Of a stretch of DNA of 64,000 nt, positions 9,073 to 18,537 are shown piece after piece. How positions within the stretch are numbered: the first letter of the stretch is position 1; every line of letters starts with the position of its first letter. The DNA comes from Myxococcales bacterium (GTDB lineage: Bacteria; Myxococcota_A; Polyangia; Polyangiales; DASUME01). Position numbers and translations under genes: made by a program. The stretch is taken from assembly GCA_047601445.1 (NCBI GenBank), contig JASGJH010000001.1, forward strand, positions 4,640,001 to 4,704,000, in the 5' to 3' direction. Under the pieces are notes generated by a model that made no database searches, was not told where the DNA came from, and saw only the letters and a program-made list of their open reading frames with translations.

Positions 9073-9402
9073 TTACCCATCGTTCTTGCGCGACGTACGT
9101 CCCTGCGACGGGTCGGCTTCGTTGGCGTTCGGCTCTTCCGGCGCGTCGGGCTTGGCGCGAACCCCCGAGGACTGACGCACGCGGGGCGCATAGCCGACCG
9201 GTGCCGCCCCCAGCCTCTTCGAAGCGGGCGACGCGCCGCCAAGCATGGACGAAGCTTCACCGCCGATCGCGATCGTCCGCGCCGATGCCCAACCGCACAC
9301 GCACTTCCAGATCACGGAGAGGCCGCCCTCTCCGAAATGCTCTCGGCCGCTCAGCTCGCGTTCGCAGCTCGGGCAGCTTCGCGTGTGGTCGCGTTGGCTC
9401 AT
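9073..9402 (-). CDS. small zinc-ribbon protein with a disordered tail
   Basis: CPSC...WKCVCGW; GAGG upstream of the ATG. Confidence 0.6.
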   Translation of the reverse strand: MSQRDHTRSCPSCERELSGREHFGEGGLSVIWKCVCGWASARTIAIGGEASSMLGGASPASKRLGAAPVGYAPRVRQSSGVRAKPDAPEEPNANEADPSQGRTSRKNDG

Positions 9403-9566
9403 GACGGTGACTTCGGTGTTAGCGCGCGCTCGCGCGGCTCGGATTGGCAGACACTTGGGGCGCGAGTCTTCACCAAACCGGGAGGGCCGGCAAATCCGCG
9501 CGCTCTGTTCGGATAAGCTTGCGACGAGGGTCGAACCCGGCAAGCTGAAGCTTTCGTCGTCCCTCC

Positions 9567-9703
9567 AAAAAAGGCAGCACCAACCCGCCGGCGGGAGCGA
9601 AACGACGTGCCGGAAACGGGAGGGCTCCCACGGCTTGCCTGTACGGGAAACCGGCGCGAAATCCCCCCTGGGCGGGCGGCGATCGGGAACTCCGTGGTGC
9701 CGC
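9567..9703 (-). ncRNA. candidate structured small RNA divergent from oxyR
   Basis: 5' GCGGCACCA pairs with 3' TGGTGCTGC, followed by CTTTTTT; internal GCCGG/CCGGC and TCCCG/TGGGA helices; no credible ORF. Confidence 0.3.
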
Positions 9704-9785
9704 TGAAATGCGCGCGGCGCCGCTCTCAGCGCGCTCGAACACCGGGTGGAACGCCAGGCGGTGCCCATGCATTGGAACGCTCGAA

Positions 9786-9806
9786 ATGATAGATTTTTCC
9801 TATCAT
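9786..9806. promoter_or_regulatory. OxyR/LysR binding box overlapping the oxyR start
   Basis: ATGATAG-ATTTTTC-CTATCAT, i.e. ATAG-N7-CTAT inside a perfect 7-bp inverted repeat. Confidence 0.75.
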
Positions 9807-10759
9807 GGAATCGGCGCCCCACCCCTTCACCTTGCGTCAGCTGCAGTACCTGGTGGCGGTCGCGGACACGCGGAGCTTTCGCGCTGCCGCCGAGCTGTGC
9901 CGCGTCGCGCAGCCGTCTCTGAGCACTCGAGATCGCCCAGGTCGAGAGCGCGCTCGGTGTGACCTTGTTCGAGCGAGAGCGAAGACCCGTGTTGGTCACG
10001 CCCGCGGGGGAAGCCCTGATCGCGCGTGCCCGCGCGCTGTTGCGCGGGGCGGACGACTTGTTGAGCGCCGCGCGTGCCTTCGAGGACCCCCTGGCCGGCA
10101 CCTTGAAGCTGGGCGTGATCCCCACCATCTCGCCCTATCTGTTGCCCGACGTGGCGCGCGCACTACGCAAGGAGCTGCCCAACCTGGAGCTGGTGTTCGT
10201 GGAGGACAAGACCTCCGTGCTGGTGAGCAAGCTGGAGCGTGGCGAGCTCGACGCGGCCCTGCTGGCCCTCGAGGCCGATCTGGGAGATCTCGAGCGCCTG
10301 CCCATCGCCCGCGACCCCTTCGTGCTGGCGGTGCCGCGAGACCATCGCCTGGCCAAACGCAAGCAGGCCGTGAAGACGGGCGAGCTGACGGGCGAACAGG
10401 TACTGCTGCTGGACGACGGGCACTGTTTCCGCGATCAGGCCCTGAGTTACTGCGAGCGCGCCAAGGTCGAGGAGCTCGGCTTTCGGGCCACCAGCCTGGC
10501 CACGTTGACCCAGATGGTGGCGGGCGGGCGCGGCGTCACGCTGCTGCCCTCGTTGGCCATCCCCATCGAGAATCGGCGCGGAGATCTGACCATCTTGAGG
10601 CTGACCGCACCGGAGCCGGCGCGCACCTTGGGCTTGGCCTTTCGGCCAGGCTCACCGCTGAAGGCGCGCTTCGCCAAGGTGGCGGAGGTGATCGGCCAGG
10701 CGGCGCAGCCGGCCTTGGCCAACCAGCCGAGAACCCGAGAACGTCGCGCGCCTGTCTAA
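9805..10759 (+). pseudogene. oxyR: hydrogen peroxide-responsive regulator OxyR with a +1 frameshift near 9929 (possibly a sequencing error)
   Basis: HTH TLRQLQYLVAVAD..SFR.AAE.C.VAQPSLS in one frame, IAQVESALGVTLFER in the next; GVIPTISPYLLP; redox motif LLDDGHCFRDQALSYC. Confidence 0.85.
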
Positions 10760-10789
10760 ACGGGGAGGGACCTGCCCCTCTGCGCAAAC

Positions 10790-11893
10790 TCACCACTGCA
10801 GGAGCACGGCCTCGACGCTGAAGCCGGGTCCCGTGGCGAGCATGACGCCGTAGCTTCCCTTCTTGGGCCTGAGCGTGGTGCGCATCTCGTCCAACACGAA
10901 GAGCACCGAAGCGGACGACAGGTTGCCGACCTCGGCCAAGCTCTTGTGGGTCATGGCCAGGCTCTCCGGGGCGAGGCCGAGGCCTTCGCTGACGGCGTCG
11001 AGCACGGCCGGTCCGGCCGGGTGGGCGATCCAGGTTTGAATGCGATCTCGGGTCAGGCCATGGGCGGAGAGCAGAGAGTCCACGACCTCGGGCACGCCGT
11101 TGCGCGCTAGCTCGGACAAGTCTCCGCTGAGCGCGATGCGGAAGCCGGTGTCGACGACATCCCAGCCCATGGCTCGCTCCGTGTCGGGAAAGAAGCGGGA
11201 GCGGCTGTCCACGATGCGCGGCGTGCTGCCCTCCGCCAAATGATGCTTGGCGCCGGCGAGCAACACTGCGGCGGCCCCGTCTCCGAAGAGTCCGCTCGAC
11301 ACGATGCTGGCCACCGATGCGTCCTGCGGCTGCATGGTGAGGGAACACAGCTCGACCGAGAGGAAGACCACCGTCTGACAAGGAAACGCCCGCAAGTACT
11401 CTGACGCCCGCGCGAAGCCCGCGGTGCCGGCGAGGCAGCCCAGGCCGAACATCGGGATGCGTTTCGTGGAGCGCGGGAATGGGATGCGGTTCATCAGCTG
11501 CGCGTCGAGCGACGGAACCGCCACACCCGTGACGCTGGTGGTCATGATCATGCCCACTTCGCTGGCGTCGACCTCGGCCTGCTCCAGCAACGACTTGATC
11601 ACGCGCTCGCCCATCTCGAGCGAGATCTCGCGCCAGGCATCGTTGCGCGCACCGAAGCCGGGCAGCTTGGCGTAGGCCTCGATGGGCAGCGCCAGGTAGC
11701 GCTCCTTCACTTGAACACGCTGGAAAAGTCGTTCGACCGCCTTGGGTTCTGCCGCCAGGGACGGGAAGATGTGCTCCACCGCCTGCGCCAGCTCCGCCTG
11801 CGCGTAGTGATGCCGCGGCAGCGCCGTGGCCGTGGCGGCCACAACCGGGTGGTGATGATCCTTGCGGTCGTGTGTCGTGGCCTTTTCCTGCAT
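10790..11893 (-). CDS. type III polyketide synthase (chalcone synthase-like)
   Basis: Catalytic triad GLGC, AHPAG, GNLSS; LFGDGAAA; GPGFS. Confidence 0.93.
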   Translation of the reverse strand: MQEKATTHDRKDHHHPVVAATATALPRHHYAQAELAQAVEHIFPSLAAEPKAVERLFQRVQVKERYLALPIEAYAKLPGFGARNDAWREISLEMGERVIKSLLEQAEVDASEVGMIMTTSVTGVAVPSLDAQLMNRIPFPRSTKRIPMFGLGCLAGTAGFARASEYLRAFPCQTVVFLSVELCSLTMQPQDASVASIVSSGLFGDGAAAVLLAGAKHHLAEGSTPRIVDSRSRFFPDTERAMGWDVVDTGFRIALSGDLSELARNGVPEVVDSLLSAHGLTRDRIQTWIAHPAGPAVLDAVSEGLGLAPESLAMTHKSLAEVGNLSSASVLFVLDEMRTTLRPKKGSYGVMLATGPGFSVEAVLLQW

Positions 11894-12177
11894 GAGCCAC
11901 ACCGAGTGCAGAATTCGTACCGCTGCGAATCAGAATTTCGCGGCGCGCGCAAGCTCCCCATTTCGCAACGGGCAAGCTCGGATCCGGGGGTCGCGGCGGC
12001 GGCTGAGGCAAGCTGCCTCGCACGAGGCGAGAAGCAACGCGCCTCGGCTGTCGCGCTACCAAAAATGTCATGTGCTTTCCTGGGCCTTCTGCTGGCTCAG
12101 TTCGTGCAGCTCGCGCCCGCGTGAGCGCGCTCGCGGGCGCACACTTCGAGAGCTGGGCTAGCGAAAGGGAGACGAGA

Positions 12178-12720
12178 ATGGCGGAGTTCGAAGGTCTCAA
12201 CCTGAGTTGGGTGCACGACAGGATGGCCATCGGAGGCGCCTTCGCCATGAGCAGTGTGCCCCGGCTCGCACAAGCGGGCGTGCGTCACGTAGTGGACCTT
12301 CGAGACCGCACGACGGACGATATCGCCGTGATGCTCGCCCACGGCATCGACTTCCTGCATCTGCCCACGCCCGACCGAGACAGCATCCTCAAGCCCGCGC
12401 TCCTGCGGGGTGTGCAATGGGTGGTGCCACGTATCCAGCGCGGAGAGCCGGTGCTCTTGCACTGCGAGCACGGCATGGGCCGCAGCGTCCTGTTGGGTCT
12501 ATGCGTGTTGGTTCGTCTGGGCATCCAACCCACCGACGCCATGCTCCAGCTCAAGCAAGCGCGTCCTTCGGCCTCCCCAAGCCCGCGCCAGATCGAAGCC
12601 TTCATCGAATGGTCCGCGCAGGAGCAGCGCCGCACGCCGAGCTGGGATGACCTGGCGCGCATCGCCTACAGCAGCGCGCTCTCGCTGCCGTCCAATCTGC
12701 TCGAGCGCGCCCAGGCCTGA
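12178..12720 (+). CDS. dual-specificity protein phosphatase
   Basis: P-loop HCEHGMGRS (HCX5R); LHLPTPD. Confidence 0.88.
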   Translation: MAEFEGLNLSWVHDRMAIGGAFAMSSVPRLAQAGVRHVVDLRDRTTDDIAVMLAHGIDFLHLPTPDRDSILKPALLRGVQWVVPRIQRGEPVLLHCEHGMGRSVLLGLCVLVRLGIQPTDAMLQLKQARPSASPSPRQIEAFIEWSAQEQRRTPSWDDLARIAYSSALSLPSNLLERAQA

Positions 12721-13856
12721 GCCTCGAACTTGGCCGCAAGCTCCTCGTAGAGCTCGTGATGGCGCGCCCCGCTCTGATGCAAAGTGAGCCCGCAGGCTCG
12801 CTCGCGGGCTGCGTGGGCCAGCGCGTCGCGGCTCGTGCGCTCGCTGATCAAGACCTGTAGGGCCGCCAAGAGTTGCTGCTCGTCGTCGGGGGCCACGAAC
12901 ACCGCCACGTCCTCCCACACCTCGCGCAAGCTCGGGATGTCCGCCAGCACCAGCGCGCAACCGGAGCAGGCTGCCTCGAGCACCGCCATGCCGCTCGGTT
13001 CGTAGTGCCCAGGCTGCACGTAGATCGAAGCGCGACCGAACCAACCGGCGAGCTCGGCCCGCGAGAGCTTGCCGAGGCTGTGCATGCGACCGGGACTCAA
13101 GAGCTCCACGGCACGCGGTGCCGCGGGTGGGCGCTGCTGATCGTCGGCCACGTAGATCGGCCAGGGCAGCGTGAGACTCGCCTTGGCCAGCGCGGAGAGG
13201 TTGCGCCCGGGATCCCAGAGTCTGCCCGCCGAGAGCACGAGCTCCTCCTTGAGATCGGGCAGGTACGCCTCGGGATCGCAGCCGGGAAAGATCACCCGGG
13301 TGTCACGGAACGGACCGAAGTCGGCAAGCAACTGCTTGAGGCTGCTCTCGGTGGAGGTCACCACCATGTCGGCTCTGCGAAACCCGGGCATGACATGGGC
13401 CCGATAGTCCTCGAGGTGGGCCGCAGAGCGCGAGCCGTATACGGCCCGCCAGTAGGCGAGCGCGCACGCATGGGCGTGTACGACCACGGGAGCACGGAAC
13501 GGCAGCACCGCGTTCGCCGCCGAGTTCAGGTGAATCACGTCCGGGCGGTAGCGCTCTTCGAGCTGGAGCAGCACCTCCCCCGCGCGCTCCACGTCGTGCC
13601 AAGGATCCTCCATCCATTCCGAGCGCAGCGGCTCTTCGTAGACCGAGAGAGAAGGAATGGCCCAGACAGCACGATGCTGCTCCTGCGTGAGCCTCTTGCC
13701 CAGGCTGAGCAGCACGACCTCCACCCCGTGGTTGGCCAGGGCACGACTCAAGTCGAGCACGTAGTTCCACTGCGGCCCCACCGAGTCGGCGCTCATCAAC
13801 ACGCGACCCACCGGTCGAAAGGACCTGGCCAAGGTCTCACCTGTGTCGATGGACAT
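12666..13856 (-). CDS. glycosyltransferase family 4
   Basis: SAGRLWD, YEPSGMAVLEAA, LADIPSLRE. Confidence 0.88.
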   Translation of the reverse strand: MSIDTGETLARSFRPVGRVLMSADSVGPQWNYVLDLSRALANHGVEVVLLSLGKRLTQEQHRAVWAIPSLSVYEEPLRSEWMEDPWHDVERAGEVLLQLEERYRPDVIHLNSAANAVLPFRAPVVVHAHACALAYWRAVYGSRSAAHLEDYRAHVMPGFRRADMVVTSTESSLKQLLADFGPFRDTRVIFPGCDPEAYLPDLKEELVLSAGRLWDPGRNLSALAKASLTLPWPIYVADDQQRPPAAPRAVELLSPGRMHSLGKLSRAELAGWFGRASIYVQPGHYEPSGMAVLEAACSGCALVLADIPSLREVWEDVAVFVAPDDEQQLLAALQVLISERTSRDALAHAARERACGLTLHQSGARHHELYEELAAKFEAQAWARSSRLDGSESALL

Positions 13857-14151
13857 CTCCCGCCTCCAAGCAACGCTTCATCTGCAGACGTGGTTCGCAA
13901 GGTTCCACGCCAATCGACTTGGGATGGGGACTCTGCAGCATGCGTGCCGGTCCTTGGACGGAACACCAAGTAAGCCCGCGTTTGCGCGAGATCGGCCGTG
14001 AAAAGGGGCCCCTTGATGCGGTGGGCAGCGCGGCACGGAGCAGCGCTCGAACACTCGCCGCGCGCTCTCGGCTGGGGCGCGATTGCCACCGGGTGGGAGA
14101 CCAGGGGCAGATAGGCAAGTCGTCGCGCAACGGCACTGCTTCGTGCTCCGT

Positions 14152-14538
14152 TCAGACTCGCATGCGGCGCGCCGACGGGCGCCTCGGCGAGAGACGTGGT
14201 CCCTCGAAGGACTCCTCGCGCCAGGTGTCCCTGCCCTCGCGCAGCGCGCTACCGATGCAGTCACGCGACACGATCTTGTTGAAGCGACGATCGTCTCCGG
14301 TGTCGTCGTCGTCCTCGTGCAGAAAAGCGAGCCGGTGCGCGTCGAAGGCGCGAAACCAGTCATCCCACTCGAGCATCTCGAGCGACTCCTCCGCGTCGAC
14401 TCCCGGGAAGTCGATGCGCAGGATCCCGCGGCCCGAGGCGACATCACTCGTGTGTCTCACGTGGGCGGGAGTCCCGCCACGTTCCTCCACCCATGTGCGG
14501 ATCTCGTCGTGATCGGTCGTGATCTTCGCGGCTCCCAT
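14152..14538 (-). CDS. conserved small hypothetical protein (TTDHDEIR.W.E.RGG.PA family)
   Basis: Recognisable motif; AGGAGG RBS; sigma54 site upstream. Confidence 0.75.
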   Translation of the reverse strand: MGAAKITTDHDEIRTWVEERGGTPAHVRHTSDVASGRGILRIDFPGVDAEESLEMLEWDDWFRAFDAHRLAFLHEDDDDTGDDRRFNKIVSRDCIGSALREGRDTWREESFEGPRLSPRRPSARRMRV

Positions 14539-14567
14539 GTCGAACCTCCTGTGCGTCTCGTAACCGA

Positions 14568-14582
14568 GCAAGGGCGGTGCCA
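14568..14582 (-). promoter_or_regulatory. sigma54 (-24/-12) promoter
   Basis: TGGCAC-CGCCC-TTGC on the minus strand with exact GG-N10-GC spacing, about 30 nt upstream of the ATG at 14538. Confidence 0.7.
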
Positions 14583-14669
14583 GGGAGGAACAGCGGCCCG
14601 TACTTTGCAGTGCTCATCGATGCCGAAAGCTGGCGCTGCCGAGACCGAGCGCACAGAGGAGTGAGTGGC

Positions 14670-15756
14670 GTGCGCATTGCCCAAATCGCCCCATTGTTCG
14701 AGAGCGTGCCGCCCAGGCTCTATGGAGGCACCGAACGAGTCGTTTCGTACCTCACGGAGGACCTCGTTCGCCTCGGCCATGAGGTGACTCTGTTCGCCAG
14801 CGGCGACTCCGAGACGCGCGCACGGCTGGTGTCGGGCGCGCCGAGCGCCCTGCGGCTCTCGGCACGGGTGCCCCAAGAAGCGGGCATTCACGTGGCGATG
14901 CTGCGATCGGTGTACGCGCAACGCCACCGATTCGACATCCTGCATTTCCACGTCGACGACTGGCACGTGCGTGAGCCACGCCTGCTCGACCTGCCACACC
15001 TGACCACGATGCACGGACGGCTCGACTTGGCCGAGCAACTCGAACGCTTCCTGCCCTATCAAGACGAGCTGGCGCTCGCCTCCATCTCCGCCGCGCAGCG
15101 GAGACCGTTGCCGCACGCCAACTGGGTGGGCACGGTCCACCACGGCTTGCCGCTCGACCTCTACAAGCCTCGCTACGAGCACGGCCACTATCTGGCATTT
15201 CTAGGACGCATTTCTCCGGAGAAACGCGTCGACCGCGCCATCGACATCGCCGGACAGTTCGGCATGCCGCTCAAGAATCGCGGCCAAGGTCGACGACCTG
15301 GACCGTGAGTACTACGCGAGCTTGGCGAGCAAATTCGCGAAGCCCTGGGTGGAGTTCGTGGGCGAGGTCGACGAGGTCCAGAAGAACGAGCTCCTCCGCA
15401 ACGCCTACGCCTTGCTGTTCCCCATCGATTGGCCCGAGCCCTTCGGCCTGGTGATGGTGGAGGCCATGAGCTGCGGCACGCCGGTGATTGCCTGGGGGCA
15501 CGGCTCGGTACCGGAGATCGTCGATGACGGCGCGACGGGCTTCATCGTGAACAGCTTGCCGGGGGCGCTGCGCGGCTTGCATCGCGTGGCGCAGCTGGAG
15601 CGACGCCGGGTGGCCAAGATCGCGCGTGAGCGCTTCTCCATTCGACGCATGACGCTCGAGTACTTGCGTCTCTACGAACATTGCATCGCACTGCAGACGA
15701 TGCCCGTCCTAAACGTCGCTACCGGAGGAGGGCTGCATGCAGGACCGAGAAAGTAA
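14670..15756 (+). pseudogene. glycosyltransferase family 4 with a +1 frameshift near 15276 (possibly a sequencing error)
   Basis: MRIAQIAPLFESVPPRLYGGTERVV and FLGRISPEK, then IAAKVD..WPEPFGLVMVEAMSCGTPV in the shifted frame; extra A in AAGAATC. Confidence 0.85.
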
Positions 15757-17890
15757 GTACTACATCAAGCCCTCGACCGCGGCGCGCGACGAGCGCGTCA
15801 CGGTGCTCAAGCATGCCGACACCTTCGCGGTACTCGACCGCTTCGGCGACATCCACGGAGAGCACGGCATCTTCCACGAAGATACGCGCTTCGTGTCGAC
15901 CTGGGCGCTGCGCATCGAGGACCAACAGCCCTTGCTCTTGAGCTCGCAGCTGCAGGACCGCGACGGCACCATGACCGTCAACCTTACCAACCCGGACATG
16001 CAATTGGAGAGCGGCACCCGCTTGCCACGCGGCACACTGCACATCAATCGCCAGAAGTTTCTGTGGAATGGCGCATGTCACGAGCGACTGCACGTCTTCC
16101 ACTATGGCGACAAGCCCGTCACGGTGAAGTTGCGCATCGCGTTCGAGGCGGACTTCGCGGACATCTTCGAGGTGCGCGGCGCCAAGCGCGAGGCGCGCGG
16201 CAAGGTGCTCGAGCCGGTGTGCGACGGCAGCACCGTGGTCGTGCGCTACGAGAGCCTGGATCGCTACTCGCGCTCGCTTCGGCTCACCTGTTCCGAAGCT
16301 CCGAGCCAGATGCGGCGCCACGAGATCGAGTTCTCCCTGGCCCTCGCACCGTGTCACGAACGTGACCTCTACCTCTCGCTGGCCTGCGAATCAGGTCCCA
16401 TCCGTGGTGTACTGGTGGTGAACCGCTCGAGTCACGAGCGCGCCGCCAGCGAGCTGGCCGCCAAGCTGCGCAAGACGCGCTCGGAGCACTGCCAGATCAC
16501 CACCTCGAGTGCGCGCTTCAACGACTTCCTGCAGCGCTCCCTCAACGACCTCTCGATGATGACCACCGACACGCCCCAGGGGCCCTACCCCTACGCGGGC
16601 GTGCCCTGGTTCAGCACCGCGTTCGGCCGCGACGGCATCATTACCGCGCTCGAGACGCTGTGGCTCGATCCGAACCTGGCTGCGGGTGTGCTGCGTTACC
16701 TCAGCGTCACCCAGAGCACCGGCACCGATCCCTCGCGCGCCGCCGAACCGGGCAAGATCCTGCACGAGATCCGCAAGGGCGAGATGGCCAACCTGGGGGA
16801 GGTGCCGTTCGGGCGCTACTACGGCAGCGTCGACGCCACGCCGCTGTTCGTGATGCTCGCGGGCGCCTACTACGAGGCCACCAACGACCGCGGCTTGATC
16901 GAAGAGATCTGGCCCAACATCGAGCGCGCGGTGACCTGGATGGAGACGCTCGGCGACCGCGACGGTGATTGCTTCCTCGAGTACACCGCCGATCCAACCG
17001 GCCTCACCCAGCAGGGCTGGAAGGACTCGTCCGACTCGGTGTTCCACGCCGACGGCACCGACGCGCGCGGTCCCATCGCACTGTGCGAGGTGCAGGGCTA
17101 CGCCTATGCCGCCTATCGTCACGCCGCCGGGCTCGCCAAGCTGCTCGGCAGAAGAGAGCGAAGCGCCCACCTCGAGCGGCTCGCGAGCACACTCAAGGAA
17201 CATTTCGAGCAAACGTTCTGGTGCGACGATCTCGGCACCTACGCGATCGCCCTCGACGGCGACAAGCGACCCTGTCGTGTGCGCTCGTCGAACCCGGGGC
17301 ACTGCCTGTTCACGGGGCTCGCATCGCCCGAGCGTGCCGCAGTGATGGCGCGTACGTTGTTCGACGAGCGATCGTTCTCGGGCTGGGGCATCCGCACCAT
17401 CGCGCGCGGCGAGGCCCGCTACAACCCCATGGCCTATCACAACGGGTCCATCTGGCCCCACGACAACGCCATGATCGGCGCAGGCATGGCGCGCTACGGG
17501 TTTCGTCACGAGGCGCTGCGGATCCTGCTCGGGCTCTACGAGTCCACGCTCTTCTTCGAGACCAATCGCTTGCCAGAGCTGTTCTGCGGCTTTCCGCGCA
17601 CCGCCGCTGCCGGGCCCACCGTGTACCCGGTGGCCTGCTCGCCTCAGGCGTGGGCTTCGGGCGCACCGCTCATGCTGCTCAAGGCCTGCCTGGGGCTCAC
17701 CATCGACGCGCCCAACCGTCGCGTCCAGTTCTCGCATCCGGTGCTGCCCGCGTTCTTGCAGGAGCTCTCAATCCATCAGCTGCGGGTTGGCGACGTCAGC
17801 GTGGATCTGATCGTGCATCGCTACCCGGAAGACGTGGGCATCAACGTGGTGCGACGCACTGGCCCCGTGGAAGTGATCAACATCAAGTGA
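15737..17890 (+). CDS. amylo-alpha-1,6-glucosidase / glycogen debranching-like glycoside hydrolase
   Basis: AGVPWFSTAFGRD, EPGKILHE, YYGSVDAT, QGWKDS, YHNGSIWPHDN, LPELFCG. Confidence 0.92.
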   Translation: MQDRESKYYIKPSTAARDERVTVLKHADTFAVLDRFGDIHGEHGIFHEDTRFVSTWALRIEDQQPLLLSSQLQDRDGTMTVNLTNPDMQLESGTRLPRGTLHINRQKFLWNGACHERLHVFHYGDKPVTVKLRIAFEADFADIFEVRGAKREARGKVLEPVCDGSTVVVRYESLDRYSRSLRLTCSEAPSQMRRHEIEFSLALAPCHERDLYLSLACESGPIRGVLVVNRSSHERAASELAAKLRKTRSEHCQITTSSARFNDFLQRSLNDLSMMTTDTPQGPYPYAGVPWFSTAFGRDGIITALETLWLDPNLAAGVLRYLSVTQSTGTDPSRAAEPGKILHEIRKGEMANLGEVPFGRYYGSVDATPLFVMLAGAYYEATNDRGLIEEIWPNIERAVTWMETLGDRDGDCFLEYTADPTGLTQQGWKDSSDSVFHADGTDARGPIALCEVQGYAYAAYRHAAGLAKLLGRRERSAHLERLASTLKEHFEQTFWCDDLGTYAIALDGDKRPCRVRSSNPGHCLFTGLASPERAAVMARTLFDERSFSGWGIRTIARGEARYNPMAYHNGSIWPHDNAMIGAGMARYGFRHEALRILLGLYESTLFFETNRLPELFCGFPRTAAAGPTVYPVACSPQAWASGAPLMLLKACLGLTIDAPNRRVQFSHPVLPAFLQELSIHQLRVGDVSVDLIVHRYPEDVGINVVRRTGPVEVINIK

Positions 17891-17975
17891 AGCGCGCAGG
17901 TCACGGGAAAGCGCGCGCCCAGCCGCGCTCACGGGCAAAGCGCGCGCAGGGCGCGCGACGAGGAGGACACAGTCG

Positions 17976-18389
17976 ATGGGTAAGTCGAGCAAGCAGAAGA
18001 AGAAAGAGGCGAAGCAGGAGCCACCGCCGCGGGCTTTCCGGAGCTCACCGCCCACGGGCACCCAGCGCACGCTGCGTCACCGCGCGGAGACCGGGGAGCG
18101 CGACGAGACTTACGACCTGGTGAGCGTGCTCTACCACGCCCTCCAGGGCGCCGAGACATGCGGGATCTATCTGCGCGACGCCGAGGACGCGGACGACGAA
18201 GATCTGGCGGAATTTTTCGAAGACACGCGAGCGGAGCACGTGGCGCGAGCGACGCTGGCCAAGCAGCACTTGTTGAGCCGCCTGCTCGAAGAGGAGGAGG
18301 AGGACGAAGAAGAGGACGAAGATCAAGACTTTGCTGCGGAAGACGTCGACGACATCGAGGAGGGGCAGGAGCACGAGGACGACGGTTGA
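17976..18389 (+). CDS. hypothetical protein (ferritin-like helix pair, acidic tail)
   Basis: YDLVSVLYHALQGAET...Y..DAE motif; poly-Glu/Asp C-terminus. Confidence 0.7.
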   Translation: MGKSSKQKKKEAKQEPPPRAFRSSPPTGTQRTLRHRAETGERDETYDLVSVLYHALQGAETCGIYLRDAEDADDEDLAEFFEDTRAEHVARATLAKQHLLSRLLEEEEEDEEEDEDQDFAAEDVDDIEEGQEHEDDG

Positions 18390-18431
18390 GACGCGACGAG
18401 TGCTCGCTACCCCGCGTGGAGCGGGGCCCCG

Positions 18432-18465
18432 GGGGCGATGCGGCGTTGACCGCACCGCCCCTTTT
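18432..18465 (+). terminator. intrinsic terminator
   Basis: GGGGCGATGCGG/CCGCACCGCCCC stem followed by TTTT. Confidence 0.6.
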
Positions 18466-18537
18466 CTTGGCTTTTTCGGGAGTCCGCGCGAATTCGGCCC
18501 AATCTGTGCGACAGATAGCTGGATTCTGGAGGACCTC

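Noticed and set aside
9640..9700. Cobalamin riboswitch (GGGAAACCGGCGCGAAATCC on the plus strand)
   Set aside because: The expected pairing partner and B12 box are missing, and no B12-related gene follows.
13897..13913. sigma54 promoter for the GT4 gene at 13856
   Set aside because: GG-to-GC spacing is 11 nt rather than the required 10.
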